DNA of 64,000 bases from IMG/VR virus record IMGVR_UViG_3300032797_000730, one strand, 5' to 3'. The stretch is from an uncultured virus (IMG/VR IMGVR_UViG_3300032797_000730) (taxonomy: Duplodnaviria; Heunggongvirae; Uroviricota; Caudoviricetes). The position numbers and the translations under genes are program-made. Shown here in pieces: positions 54,978-64,000 of the stretch (position 1 is the first letter of the stretch; the number at the start of each line of letters is the position of its first letter). The notes beneath the pieces are model-generated. The model did no database searches, was not told where the DNA came from, and saw only the letters and a list, made by a program, of their open reading frames with translations.

Positions 54978-55654
54978 TTGTCGCCATCCTTCTTCTTCTT
55001 TGCCTTCTTCTTCTCCGGGTTGGTGTCGTCGTCATCGACGTTGTTATTTGTATCGGGGTCGAGCGTGCCATTCAGCACGTCCTTGTTGTCGCTCGTCTTC
55101 TCATTCTCGTCCTTCCCCTTGCACTGGCCGAGGTCCGGGTATTTCTTGCACACGGCTGCCCGTACCTTCGCCTTCTCCTCGGGCGTGCCATGCTGGCTCA
55201 CCCTGGCCAGCGCGTTCGCGGCGTGGGCCCGGTCGTGGATGGGGTATCTCCTGCCTGGGAGGGCGAATGACGAGTCTGGAAGTTTATTCCTCGCGGCCGA
55301 GCTGAGCTCGGCGAAAGCATTCCTCTCCAGGTAGTCCTCCTCGAACAGCCACCTGTACTGCTCGTCCTCCTCGTAGGGCAGCTTGTTACCGTTTTCCATC
55401 TCGTACTTTAGCTCCAGCTTTCTCAACTCGTAGGACGCTATCCTCGTGGAAATGAACCGGAGCTCGTCCTCCTGCGCCTGCTTGGCGACCTGCCTTCTCT
55501 TTTCACGTATGATCCTTGCATCGATTGCCATGGTCTCGTTCCTCGTGTTCGCTTCTATCTTGCCACATATCTTGCGTGCCGATTCATCACCATGTCCCTT
55601 GGACTTTTGATCGGCAATGCATTCCGCCCAGTCCTTGTAAGGTCCTATCGGCAT
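54974..55654 (-). CDS. multi-module protein with DUF6582-like domain
   Basis: N-term MPIGPYKDWAECI...ARKICG; LSSAARNKLPDSSFALPGRRYPIHDRAHAANALAR. Confidence 0.7.
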   Translation of the reverse strand: MPIGPYKDWAECIADQKSKGHGDESARKICGKIEANTRNETMAIDARIIREKRRQVAKQAQEDELRFISTRIASYELRKLELKYEMENGNKLPYEEDEQYRWLFEEDYLERNAFAELSSAARNKLPDSSFALPGRRYPIHDRAHAANALARVSQHGTPEEKAKVRAAVCKKYPDLGQCKGKDENEKTSDNKDVLNGTLDPDTNNNVDDDDTNPEKKKAKKKKDGDK

Positions 55655-55666
55655 GTCGTGTCATCC

Positions 55667-56323
55667 CTATCCAAACGTCAACCGGTATTCAAACATCAAC
55701 GGGTTCCCGTCCTTCACCTTGTAGAAGGGCTGGTCCACGTACTTGGTCGGCGTCACCGGATCGTCCACCCCGTAGTAGACCCTGCGTGCCACCATGGCGT
55801 AAGGCTTCTGGTCCGGGTCCGACTGGGGGTCTGCCGACGGGGGTGTCGAGGCGTGCAAGAATATCCCCGCCTCCCGTATCGGTACCGGGGTAGCATGGGC
55901 GAACTGCGCGTCCAGGAATATCGCCACGGCAGTCATGGCCTGCGCCACCCTCGACTTCGAGTTGATGGAAGAGCGGCCAAGGGGAAACTCGCTGCTCAAA
56001 CGCCAGTCGTCCTTGCTCACGCCAAACCAGTCCCCGACATCTATGTCGACCCCCTCGTTCGGGCCCGCTGTCGTGTCGTTGTTGTCCGTGGAATCGCCGA
56101 GCGCCGCGCCCAGGATCCCGCTGCCACTGTTCCACTTGCCGTTGTTGAACATCTCGTCGAGCATGAACTCCTTCCCTGTCTCGACGATCATGTTCTTTTT
56201 CCATCCCGTGTCCCCGGTGTAGCCGTTCAAGAACGGCCTTCTCGGGAGACGCCTGCCCGTCCTGAGGTCCAGGACACTCAGCCGCATAAATCCCACGGGC
56301 TTCAATGAATCGAATAGCTGCAT
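55667..56323 (-). CDS. tail-collar/fibre attachment-like protein
   Basis: KNMIVETGK...ALGD...IREAGIF...L.FEYRLTF pattern. Confidence 0.65.
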   Translation of the reverse strand: MQLFDSLKPVGFMRLSVLDLRTGRRLPRRPFLNGYTGDTGWKKNMIVETGKEFMLDEMFNNGKWNSGSGILGAALGDSTDNNDTTAGPNEGVDIDVGDWFGVSKDDWRLSSEFPLGRSSINSKSRVAQAMTAVAIFLDAQFAHATPVPIREAGIFLHASTPPSADPQSDPDQKPYAMVARRVYYGVDDPVTPTKYVDQPFYKVKDGNPLMFEYRLTFG

Positions 56324-56346
56324 CGTGTTTTACCTCTTGTCTCCGA

Positions 56347-56362
56347 TTTTTAAACCTTTACC
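56347..56362 (-). promoter_or_regulatory. putative BRE/TATA promoter
   Basis: GGTAAAGG-TTTAAAAA ~24 nt upstream of ATG 56323. Confidence 0.6.
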
Positions 56363-57428
56363 AGGCATATCGTATATCATCAAGAAGGACGCCGCTCGTG
56401 TCGTCCGTGACGGCGATGAAGTACTTCACCCCCGCGGTCCACGTGTTCCGCCCCTCCATGACGGCGGACCACGCCCAGTAATCGTCATACTTGCCCACTC
56501 TCAATTCAGTGGTGGACACCATGACTATAGCCCATTCCTCCTCCACGTCCTGCGTCCACGAGAGCCCCGTGCTCACCGGGTTACCATCACTATCCATGAC
56601 GTACACCAGGTGATCTGAAGGATCGAAAACGAGGTGAACTCGCGCGTCCGCCTCGGCCGTCTTGCCATCCTCGCTCAGCCGTATCTCTAGCGGCTCGCTC
56701 GTGTCATCCGGAACCGTGGCCTTGAACTTGACGGCGTACCCGTTGAACGCCGTGCCACTTATCACCGGGAACGTGCCGCGCGCCTCGCCATCCTCCGTGC
56801 TTTCCGGGGTGTACAGCCAGCTCGGCGTCACGTCATCGATGTACGTGATGGATTGTTCCCCCGTGGAGCCGCCATACTCGTATTTGCTGATCACGGCGTT
56901 GACAGCGCTCGACCAGTTCGCCCGCTGGTTTCCCGTGTCCCACGTTCCACCATCAACCCGCAGCTTGAACTGGCTCGTCGAGTAGAATTGCAGCTCGACC
57001 TCGCATTCCGATGCGGTGCCATAATGACAGTTTGGCATGTCCACGACGCCCTCGGCGACCGTGTAGTAATAGAAATGCCCCGTGGCCGCGTTCACGCCGC
57101 AATGGATGACGAGCGTGCTGCCTTCATAAAAGACGAGCGGGTTATGCGTTCCCTCGGTCGGCATCCTGAATTTCACCTTGAACGTGTCGCCCACATGGCC
57201 CGCGCTGGAGAACGTGCAGATGGCCCCGCAACCACCAGAACCGGTGTTGTCCACGAACTTGAGCTTCCCGCTTTCAACGGCATATGTTGCCGTGTCTGAC
57301 TTCGAGAAGTCCCACGAGCCGATCTGGCCGCTGGTGGGATCATCGGGCGTCGCCTTCCATTCGGGCGTCTCGAACGTCTCGATCCCGCTCGCCGGGGTCG
57401 TCTCCGCTTTCAACAGCCCCTTGATCAT
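56358..57428 (-). CDS. beta-sandwich (lectin/ConA-like) tail-associated protein
   Basis: Two internal paralogous beta-rich units (KVKFRMP / AVKFKATVP; YIDDV / LLDDI). Confidence 0.6.
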   Translation of the reverse strand: MIKGLLKAETTPASGIETFETPEWKATPDDPTSGQIGSWDFSKSDTATYAVESGKLKFVDNTGSGGCGAICTFSSAGHVGDTFKVKFRMPTEGTHNPLVFYEGSTLVIHCGVNAATGHFYYYTVAEGVVDMPNCHYGTASECEVELQFYSTSQFKLRVDGGTWDTGNQRANWSSAVNAVISKYEYGGSTGEQSITYIDDVTPSWLYTPESTEDGEARGTFPVISGTAFNGYAVKFKATVPDDTSEPLEIRLSEDGKTAEADARVHLVFDPSDHLVYVMDSDGNPVSTGLSWTQDVEEEWAIVMVSTTELRVGKYDDYWAWSAVMEGRNTWTAGVKYFIAVTDDTSGVLLDDIRYAW

Positions 57429-58648
57429 ACTTCCTCAGCCTCCCAGATCCCCGATACTTCCGTCCAGAGTGCTGGCGCCTCCGCCGCTATGTCATCCCCG
57501 TCCTCGTACCCTTCAAAGTCATCTAGCTCGTTCTCGCTGCACCAGTCATCGAACTCCAGCCAGAAGCAATCCATCCACCAGCTGCCCTGCCAGACATTTC
57601 CATAAACATCATCAGCATCCCCCCCGGGGCTGCTCCAGTCATCGGAGTCTATGTCGTCGCCCTCGTCCTCGAACCCTCTCAACAGCCACGCGAAGTACCC
57701 GTTCACCCCCGCCGGGCACGCCCGCTCCACGAGCCCATCATAATCCAGGTGCGCGTTCCCTGCCTGCCAGAGCGCCCTTGCCCCGAGCCCTTCGGGGTTC
57801 ACTGCAACGTAAAACACTGGCTCGTCATCGTTTGGTATATCCCAGACGAGCAGGTCCACTGGATCGAGCACGTGCATGAAATGGGTGAAGAACCGCTCTA
57901 TCTCGCTCTTCGTCGGTATGAGATCCCATGTCCTTGCCCACACCCTCCTTGCATACGCCTCGTCAGTTTCCCCGTCATACCTCGATAGCCCCACGTTCCT
58001 CCCGTGAAAGTCCACGAGCGGCCAGGTCGCGTTGGGCCCGGCGAACTTGTACCCGCCACATTCCGGGCACGTGGTCCCCTCCGGGTACTCGCCAAGTCCC
58101 ATGCACGTCATGCACCATTCCGGTTGCGGGAACAGCCCCCGCTTCACCCTCAACAAGTTGGCCATCAGGTCATTTACCCCCAGCCCGTATAATATCCTCG
58201 GGCTCGGGCTGGCCATCGCCAGTATCGAAAATATCTCCTGGTTCCTCCCGGCGCTCGCCGTTACTCGCACGTCCGTTATCCTGTAAATGTTATTGTCCTG
58301 CAGCGGGTAGATCGTCTCCGAATCCGTGTACGCTGGTATCGTGATTGTTTGGGTCTTGCTCAGCGCGTGGGTGAACACGGGAAAGTCCTGCCTGAACCCA
58401 TTTCTCGTTTCTTGTACCCAAGATGAAATTGTTGCCGTGTCATAGTCCACCTCGACAACAACGGCTATCTCTCGGGTACGTTGCTGCACCAGCAACAACA
58501 TGGGTGCCGGGTTCAGCACGGTGCCAGAGACAAGGGTTGCCGTTGAAGGGCTCCAGGCGCCATGTATCCACGTGCCCATGTTGGGCATCCACGAGCCCTT
58601 CATGGATTCCGCGTGGTATCTGGCCCACGCGGACGTGAACGTTGCCAT
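57425..58648 (-). CDS. baseplate wedge protein (gpI-like) with Zn-finger insertion
   Basis: VDFHGRNVGLSRYDGETDEAYARR...ACPAGV; CMTCMGLG...CPECGG; follows baseplate J. Confidence 0.7.
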   Translation of the reverse strand: MATFTSAWARYHAESMKGSWMPNMGTWIHGAWSPSTATLVSGTVLNPAPMLLLVQQRTREIAVVVEVDYDTATISSWVQETRNGFRQDFPVFTHALSKTQTITIPAYTDSETIYPLQDNNIYRITDVRVTASAGRNQEIFSILAMASPSPRILYGLGVNDLMANLLRVKRGLFPQPEWCMTCMGLGEYPEGTTCPECGGYKFAGPNATWPLVDFHGRNVGLSRYDGETDEAYARRVWARTWDLIPTKSEIERFFTHFMHVLDPVDLLVWDIPNDDEPVFYVAVNPEGLGARALWQAGNAHLDYDGLVERACPAGVNGYFAWLLRGFEDEGDDIDSDDWSSPGGDADDVYGNVWQGSWWMDCFWLEFDDWCSENELDDFEGYEDGDDIAAEAPALWTEVSGIWEAEEV

Positions 58649-58664
58649 GCTGAACCGTTCCATG

Positions 58665-60542
58665 TTACATCGAACCTTCCGTGAAGTCGGTGCCTGGACC
58701 ATACGTGCCGGTGTCGAGCAGCGCTATTTCGAGCTGCCCGACGAGCACGTCGGCCTCGGTGGCCTTGGTGATGGCGCCATCGTCGTTCCGCTCTATCGTG
58801 CAGTCGAGCAGCTTGATGACGCCCGTGGTGTGCATGATGACGTATTCCACTTGCGAGAACACGACGTTGTCTCCTGGACCGAGGCCGTTGATGTAGGCAG
58901 CCATGTTTTCGTTTATCTCGGCTACCACGTTATCCCAGTCCTGGGAGGGGTCTATGAATACAGTGCCGGTGACATTTATATAAGCAGTCGTGGCCTCCAT
59001 GATGTTACCCTGGATACAGATCGGGGAATAAGCCTTCCGGTTGAAGTCAATTATCATGGACTCTATCTGAGAAACGTAGTCATAGAGATCGTAGCCCAGA
59101 TTGGCAGCAACTACCAGGGTATATGATGCCCCTCCCCAGTTGGTCTTGAAGGCGATGTCAGCGTCGGCATCGGCGGACTCGTCCACGAACATCTCGCCGT
59201 CGGCATACTCGTCCCCCGTTTCCTGGTACTTGAATTCCCAATGATCGCCAGCATCTGACGTGTCGTCATCGTTCTCGATGGTGAAAAGGTACGTGTGGGT
59301 AGGGTCCTGGCTGCCAAACCTGCAGGGAACCTGGATCTCCTGCCAGTCGGTCGGGTGGTCGGGATCAACATCTTCGATGGTGAATATCCTGTTCGAGATG
59401 GGCGTGTTCGCCACGGTCGTTGCATAGTCCGTGTTCCAGAGGTAGAGCTTGAGCCTGAGCGGGCATGGCGAGCCAACCTTCCTGGCATAGAGCGTGATGT
59501 ACTTGATCGTGAGCCGGTCTCCCGTGGGAACGAACGTCTGGCCATAGACCACGTCATCGTCGCCGTACATGGCGATGGTCTCGAACGATGTCCACGTGCC
59601 AGCCACGTCCCACGCGGCCGATGGGAACGCCACGTCGACACCAACGGTTTGGAAGCACTTCGTCGCGCGTATGGCCTCGAGCTGGCCAACCAGCTGGGCG
59701 ATTTTCTGGTAGCCAAACTGGGTGTTGACGAGTGATTTGATGCGGAGCCTGTATGCAGCGTTTGACTCGATATCGGCGCCGCCTATGGAGTTGTACTCGT
59801 TCGTGACGCTCGTGACGCCTCCCAGGCCGTCGGTGTTCTCGGTTATCTGGCCAATGCTCACGCGGCTCCCGGCCCCTGCCTCGGCGGCGACGGATGATAC
59901 CTTCACCGACACGTCCTCGGTGGCTTCGAGGCCGATGTAATAGTACGTGTTCTCCGCCGGTTCCGATGCGCCCAGCCACGTGATCTGGTCTCCAGCGTAG
60001 GTCCAATCGGTGCTCTCCGCGTAGGACGTGCCCGACTGGTTGGCGGACGTGTTGATCCACGCGATGGATGTCACGTCCGAGTACGGCCACGGGATATCAT
60101 CCGTGCCAGAAGGCGCTCCCTTCCTTATCCTGATAATGGAAGGGATCGTAGCGTCGGCCGTGGTATCGTAGGCTATCCCCGTGCGCGTGGAAAACGTGCT
60201 CCCTGTTGGCACTAGATATCCAGTGGCTGGACCGGTGCATTTGAGTATCAGGGTGGCATTCGTGGCGTTCTTGAGAAACACGCCCCTCGAATTGCCCCAT
60301 GATTGCAGTGCCCAGTCGGCCGCGTTGTCCAGGTTGATTATGTCTGCAAGCGTGCCAATGGACTTGTCCAGCTCGTTGTATTCCAATGCCTTGCTCTTGT
60401 AAACCTCCCATATCCAGCTGCCTTTTGTCGTGGAGATCCTTGGATCCATGGCGTGCAGCCTGGCGAAGGATTCCTCCAGGACCGTCGCCAGGGGCTTCAC
60501 GACATACCCGTTTGGCGTGAACCCGTAGCTCGTTTTACTCAC
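58665..60542 (-). CDS. baseplate J-like protein with inserted domains
   Basis: YGFTPNGY, L...G...GV....A..AT, SVTN....GGADIESNAAYRLR, YINGLGPGDNV. Confidence 0.88.
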   Translation of the reverse strand: MSKTSYGFTPNGYVVKPLATVLEESFARLHAMDPRISTTKGSWIWEVYKSKALEYNELDKSIGTLADIINLDNAADWALQSWGNSRGVFLKNATNATLILKCTGPATGYLVPTGSTFSTRTGIAYDTTADATIPSIIRIRKGAPSGTDDIPWPYSDVTSIAWINTSANQSGTSYAESTDWTYAGDQITWLGASEPAENTYYYIGLEATEDVSVKVSSVAAEAGAGSRVSIGQITENTDGLGGVTSVTNEYNSIGGADIESNAAYRLRIKSLVNTQFGYQKIAQLVGQLEAIRATKCFQTVGVDVAFPSAAWDVAGTWTSFETIAMYGDDDVVYGQTFVPTGDRLTIKYITLYARKVGSPCPLRLKLYLWNTDYATTVANTPISNRIFTIEDVDPDHPTDWQEIQVPCRFGSQDPTHTYLFTIENDDDTSDAGDHWEFKYQETGDEYADGEMFVDESADADADIAFKTNWGGASYTLVVAANLGYDLYDYVSQIESMIIDFNRKAYSPICIQGNIMEATTAYINVTGTVFIDPSQDWDNVVAEINENMAAYINGLGPGDNVVFSQVEYVIMHTTGVIKLLDCTIERNDDGAITKATEADVLVGQLEIALLDTGTYGPGTDFTEGSM

Positions 60543-60939
60543 CCATGGTCGTTGCTAGTGTGATGATGTCCCCGTTTATAGTCATTATCCTGATGTCTAC
60601 ATAGTACTCGTTCTCGTTATCCTCGTCCTGCGTTACCCCCGTCACGACAACGTCCCTTATCATGAGCGCCTTGCTAGGATCGAGGCACGCCTTTACCATG
60701 CTTGTTATAAGAATGGTAGGCGCGACCTTGAAAGGATTCTGCACGATCCCGAAGAGATCTAATCCCCAGTCCTGGTCAAATAACTCCTCGCCTACTATCG
60801 TCTTGAGTGCAACCAGGCACTCCTGCAGGGCGAGGCCGATATCCTCTATCGTCACCAGGTTCCCGTCCTTGTCCACGTACACGTCCCCCGTCCGCTGGTC
60901 CTGGAGGACTGCCTTGCCAAAGTCAAGCTTGCTTGACAT
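60535..60939 (-). CDS. baseplate wedge/sheath initiator (gp25/DUF2634-like)
   Basis: GD...D.DGNL...Q....LKT..GE.FDQDWGLD. Confidence 0.8.
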   Translation of the reverse strand: MSSKLDFGKAVLQDQRTGDVYVDKDGNLVTIEDIGLALQECLVALKTIVGEELFDQDWGLDLFGIVQNPFKVAPTILITSMVKACLDPSKALMIRDVVVTGVTQDEDNENEYYVDIRIMTINGDIITLATTMGE

Positions 60940-61285
60940 CCGCTGGCCTCTCCTCTATTTTCTTTGGCTGGGGCGCTTTCGTCTCATCGCCTTCCGTAGC
61001 GGCGCGTAGCTCGTGCTCTTTTTTCAACCATCGCCTTATCAACGATTTTATCCCATAAACGGCGAGCAGCATCAACAACGTGTACCCGACGCTTGATATC
61101 AGCGCCATGGAAAACGCCATGAGCCATGTCCCGAAGCTCCACGTCCAAGGGCTCCACGTCGTCAATGGTTTTATCGAGTCCACCGTTACCAGGAATGCTG
61201 CTATCCCTAGCAAGTAGAACCCCAGCCACAGCGCCCATCCGATGAACGCCGTGAATTTATCAAGCCTGTTTTTTGTCATGTTCAT
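60923..61285 (-). CDS. 2-TM membrane protein within the baseplate operon
   Basis: MNMTKNRLDKF..., two TM helices, charged tail. Confidence 0.7.
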   Translation of the reverse strand: MNMTKNRLDKFTAFIGWALWLGFYLLGIAAFLVTVDSIKPLTTWSPWTWSFGTWLMAFSMALISSVGYTLLMLLAVYGIKSLIRRWLKKEHELRAATEGDETKAPQPKKIEERPADVKQA

Positions 61286-62925
61286 TCCGCCTTCGCTTTC
61301 GTAGAATTTGAATTGGAAGCGCTCACTTGCGCCGGTTCGGTGCCAGGCACTGCATCCCATCCCTTGCCAGCTGGCGGGGTGACCGTGTGCGTGTGGTCCG
61401 CCAGCGCCACGAGTTTGGATGCACCGCTGCCAAGTTTTATCGTGGTGGCCTCTACCGTCACCGTGCCACCCGATTCGATCCTGATGTACGCCGTTCCAGT
61501 CGGCGTGTTCGATGGCTTCGATGTCGCCTCCGCCATCGGGTCCTTGGTATCGATCACCACCCCCTTGGCGGCACGCAGTACCCACGCCTCGGCCGCGGCA
61601 TCGTAATATAGCTCCCCGCTGTCAAGCCTGAGGAGCATATCGTCATCCTCGCATTGAGGGACCGTGTCCTTCTCGTCCCCCTCCTTCCACATCATGGGGC
61701 CGATGAGCCCGAACGCCCTTTGTGTATTGGGGTGGAACACCATCGCCCTGCTCCCGTCAACCTTCGGGAATAGCAACCCCACCCCGTTCCCCGCGTATGG
61801 CGTCGTCCTCGTGAGTTGCCCCATCTTGGGATTGTCGAGGAACTTCCATGCGCCCTGGTCCTGCTTGCTGGAGTCCTTCGGGACGAAGCTCGCCTCGTAC
61901 TTCCCGTGGCTGCTATCCCTTGCATCCCCCTCGCCAGCCTTCACGTCCACGACTTTCACGCCGTCCTTGACGTGCGGGAAATCTGGCGGTAGTACCTCGT
62001 CGTTGATGCACGCCATCAGGATCTCGTCACACGTCACGGCCGCCCGTATCATCTTCACGTGGTTCTCCCGCTCGTTCTCGCCATTGGCATAGTAGCTGGC
62101 CTTGATCGCCTTCCACAGCTCTCCCCCTATCCTGGCCATCGAGCCTGGCAGGAACATGGCCCCTCCCTGTACCACCATGTCAAATATCTCGACGACGCCG
62201 CCATCAAACAACCCATAATTGATATACTTCCCGGACGGGGCCAGCTCGTCAAACTGTTCGATGTCGCTCTCCTCGAACGACGCGAGTGGCTTCCCCATGA
62301 ACAAGGACGGCTCGAACGGCGAGTAATAATACTCCAACCCAAGTTCCGACGCTATCTCGTCTACCATATCAGCGACCGTCTCGTTGAAGCAGAACATCTT
62401 CTCGTAGACCTTGTCCACGCCCTCCAGGACACAGTTCACGCTAAAATCCTCCAGGTTCTCGTCATACAGGTCGGCCTCCTTCAGTGCCTTCATGGCCACC
62501 TCCGTGATGGCATCCATGTAGTTCCCCGACTTCCCCAGGTCGATCATGCCCCACGTGGTGCAGTGGCAGAGCGCCCGGTATAGTGGTGGCTCGCCCGTTA
62601 TCCGCAGGCACCATTCCTTGCCTGGGGCGTCTGGCTCCTCGAACCTGATGTCCGAGATGACCCATGGAATGGATCCAAGGCCACTTCCTTGTATCTTGAC
62701 CCGGAACGTGTCGCCGATGCACGGCCGAGAGCGCTGGGTCGTCGTCGGGTCCATGACATAGAGGCACACCTCGATGTACGAGCCCTCCTTCCCGAACGAG
62801 GAGAATATCTTCACCTCGGTCTCCTCGTTCATGATGGCCGACTCCCTGGCGAGCTCGCCGCTGTCCTCCCTCACCGGGAGCATGACGATTACCGATGTCG
62901 TGTACTCGCTGCCACTCATGCTCAT
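61282..62925 (-). CDS. fused baseplate hub and central spike (VgrG-like)
   Basis: Hub-like N-term; OB motif TPYAGNGVGLLFP; beta-strand repeats; HTH (HxH) spike-tip motif. Confidence 0.75.
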   Translation of the reverse strand: MSMSGSEYTTSVIVMLPVREDSGELARESAIMNEETEVKIFSSFGKEGSYIEVCLYVMDPTTTQRSRPCIGDTFRVKIQGSGLGSIPWVISDIRFEEPDAPGKEWCLRITGEPPLYRALCHCTTWGMIDLGKSGNYMDAITEVAMKALKEADLYDENLEDFSVNCVLEGVDKVYEKMFCFNETVADMVDEIASELGLEYYYSPFEPSLFMGKPLASFEESDIEQFDELAPSGKYINYGLFDGGVVEIFDMVVQGGAMFLPGSMARIGGELWKAIKASYYANGENERENHVKMIRAAVTCDEILMACINDEVLPPDFPHVKDGVKVVDVKAGEGDARDSSHGKYEASFVPKDSSKQDQGAWKFLDNPKMGQLTRTTPYAGNGVGLLFPKVDGSRAMVFHPNTQRAFGLIGPMMWKEGDEKDTVPQCEDDDMLLRLDSGELYYDAAAEAWVLRAAKGVVIDTKDPMAEATSKPSNTPTGTAYIRIESGGTVTVEATTIKLGSGASKLVALADHTHTVTPPAGKGWDAVPGTEPAQVSASNSNSTKAKAE

Positions 62926-63986
62926 GCACCATACAACGGGTAGAAGAAGAACCCTACCATCGTGAAGTCATTTCCAGACAACTGGACGCTTTTCATGTAG
63001 AGGTACAGCTCCTCCATCACCGGCTTGTTGACGTGCATCATCCCGTCATCCTCGTCCTCGTACCAGGACGTTGGAGCGCTCGTCCCCAAATAGTACACGA
63101 GCCCAGGCTGTACCGTGAACTCAGCGATGCCGACCTTCATCTTGGGCGTGATCTGCTGCCCGGTGCCCGAACCCATTGCCATCTCCACCCGGAACGAGCA
63201 TTGAATCGGGGACGTGAACTCCAGGTAACCGTCGTGGGGTACGAGGCCAGTTATCTTGAACGCGTTGCATCCATAGATGATCGTGTTTTCCAGATCGGCT
63301 TGCTTGGCTTCCGTCGTCATGAGAACGTCCTTTATCTCGTCATAATCCTCGTCCGTCTCCGGGTTAACGACCTCCTCGCCGATATAGTGGAGGAATGATT
63401 TCCAGTCCACGAGAGGCACGTGATACTCGGTAACGCCGGTCTTTCCATTCAAGGTGACCGTCACGAGCGTCGGATCGGTGTTGAACGTCACGCCCTGCTG
63501 ATATGTCGTGGACGATGCATTCCCGTTATTTATAGAAGGGCATTGATGCGGCGCGACGACATCACCCTCCTTGGTCTCGCTGAAGAGCGACCCGCTCACC
63601 ACGTCCAGCCCCTGCGTGTTTCCCTGGTTGAGGGGCAGCGCCCTCTGCTGTTTGAATCCCGCGCTCGTGCCCTCCAGGATGCGCCCGACGATCGGGTCCG
63701 ACGAGTACCGGAGGGGCGACCAAAATGACCTCTTCATGGTGCCCCACGCGCGCCACGCGAGGTTGAACCAGAGTCCTATCTTGTCATATTCGATGACGGA
63801 CTTCGGGTCCACCCCCGTGACCTGCATCGTTTTTGCCCTGCCGGCCCCGGCGGTGTACCTCGTGCGGATTTTCATCGCCTGCTGTGTTTTGGCTATCTTT
63901 TGTTTCCTGGCAGGGGTAGGCACTTTTTTCTTCAACCTATTTATCCAGCTTTCTCTCTTCTTGATGGCGTCCTTGTTCACGGGCAC
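62922..63986 (-). CDS. hypothetical tail/baseplate-associated protein
   Basis: 354 aa, basic N-terminus, ATGA-coupled to the hub gene. Confidence 0.65.
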   Translation of the reverse strand: MPVNKDAIKKRESWINRLKKKVPTPARKQKIAKTQQAMKIRTRYTAGAGRAKTMQVTGVDPKSVIEYDKIGLWFNLAWRAWGTMKRSFWSPLRYSSDPIVGRILEGTSAGFKQQRALPLNQGNTQGLDVVSGSLFSETKEGDVVAPHQCPSINNGNASSTTYQQGVTFNTDPTLVTVTLNGKTGVTEYHVPLVDWKSFLHYIGEEVVNPETDEDYDEIKDVLMTTEAKQADLENTIIYGCNAFKITGLVPHDGYLEFTSPIQCSFRVEMAMGSGTGQQITPKMKVGIAEFTVQPGLVYYLGTSAPTSWYEDEDDGMMHVNKPVMEELYLYMKSVQLSGNDFTMVGFFFYPLYGA

Positions 63987-64000
63987 GACCTCGGTGGCCG

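Noticed and set aside
1..64000. Stop-codon reassignment
   Set aside because: Genes are full length and tile tightly under the standard code, using TAA, TAG and TGA as stops
45685..64000. Diversity-generating retroelement acting on fibre genes; tail genes as a cellular eCIS/T6SS
   Set aside because: No reverse transcriptase or TR/VR pair noticed; linkage to a complete viral-type replication module favours a virus

Overview
A gene-dense, GC-rich 64-kb segment that reads as part of a large tailed virus with a contractile, myovirus-like tail, infecting an anaerobic archaeon. Archaeal signals are GGTGA/GGAGG Shine-Dalgarno sites, BRE+TATA promoters, a tRNA intron with a bulge-helix-bulge motif, RFC small and large subunits and an AEP primase; a class III RNR points to an anaerobic host. 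Layout: 1-7.8 kb (+) small hypotheticals and Zn-finger genes. 7.8-13.0 kb (-) N4-C methylase, NDT, ArsR and RFC. 13.2-45.7 kb (+) replication and metabolism: RecA-like ATPase, probable sliding clamp, two tRNAs plus a structured RNA, PolB, two adenine methylases, NrdG, Cas4-like nuclease, primase, SF2-like helicase, HNH, RNase H, a glycosylation cluster and NrdD. 45.7-64 kb (-) tail fibre/spike, membrane and baseplate genes. No capsid, terminase, integrase or CRISPR array was seen. Most notable: (1) six proteins, including PolB and RFC-L, end in A-[DS]-x-x-G-[ED]-F-stop, a candidate virus-specific clamp-binding tag. (2) Four of these ends lie in exact 20-21 bp repeats that also supply the start of the next gene (always Met-Ala-Asn). 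(3) Three genes appear to start at ACG, and the virus encodes an initiator-type tRNA-Met with an altered 31-39 pair and a 127-nt structured intron. All product calls come from reading motifs by eye; no database searches were run.
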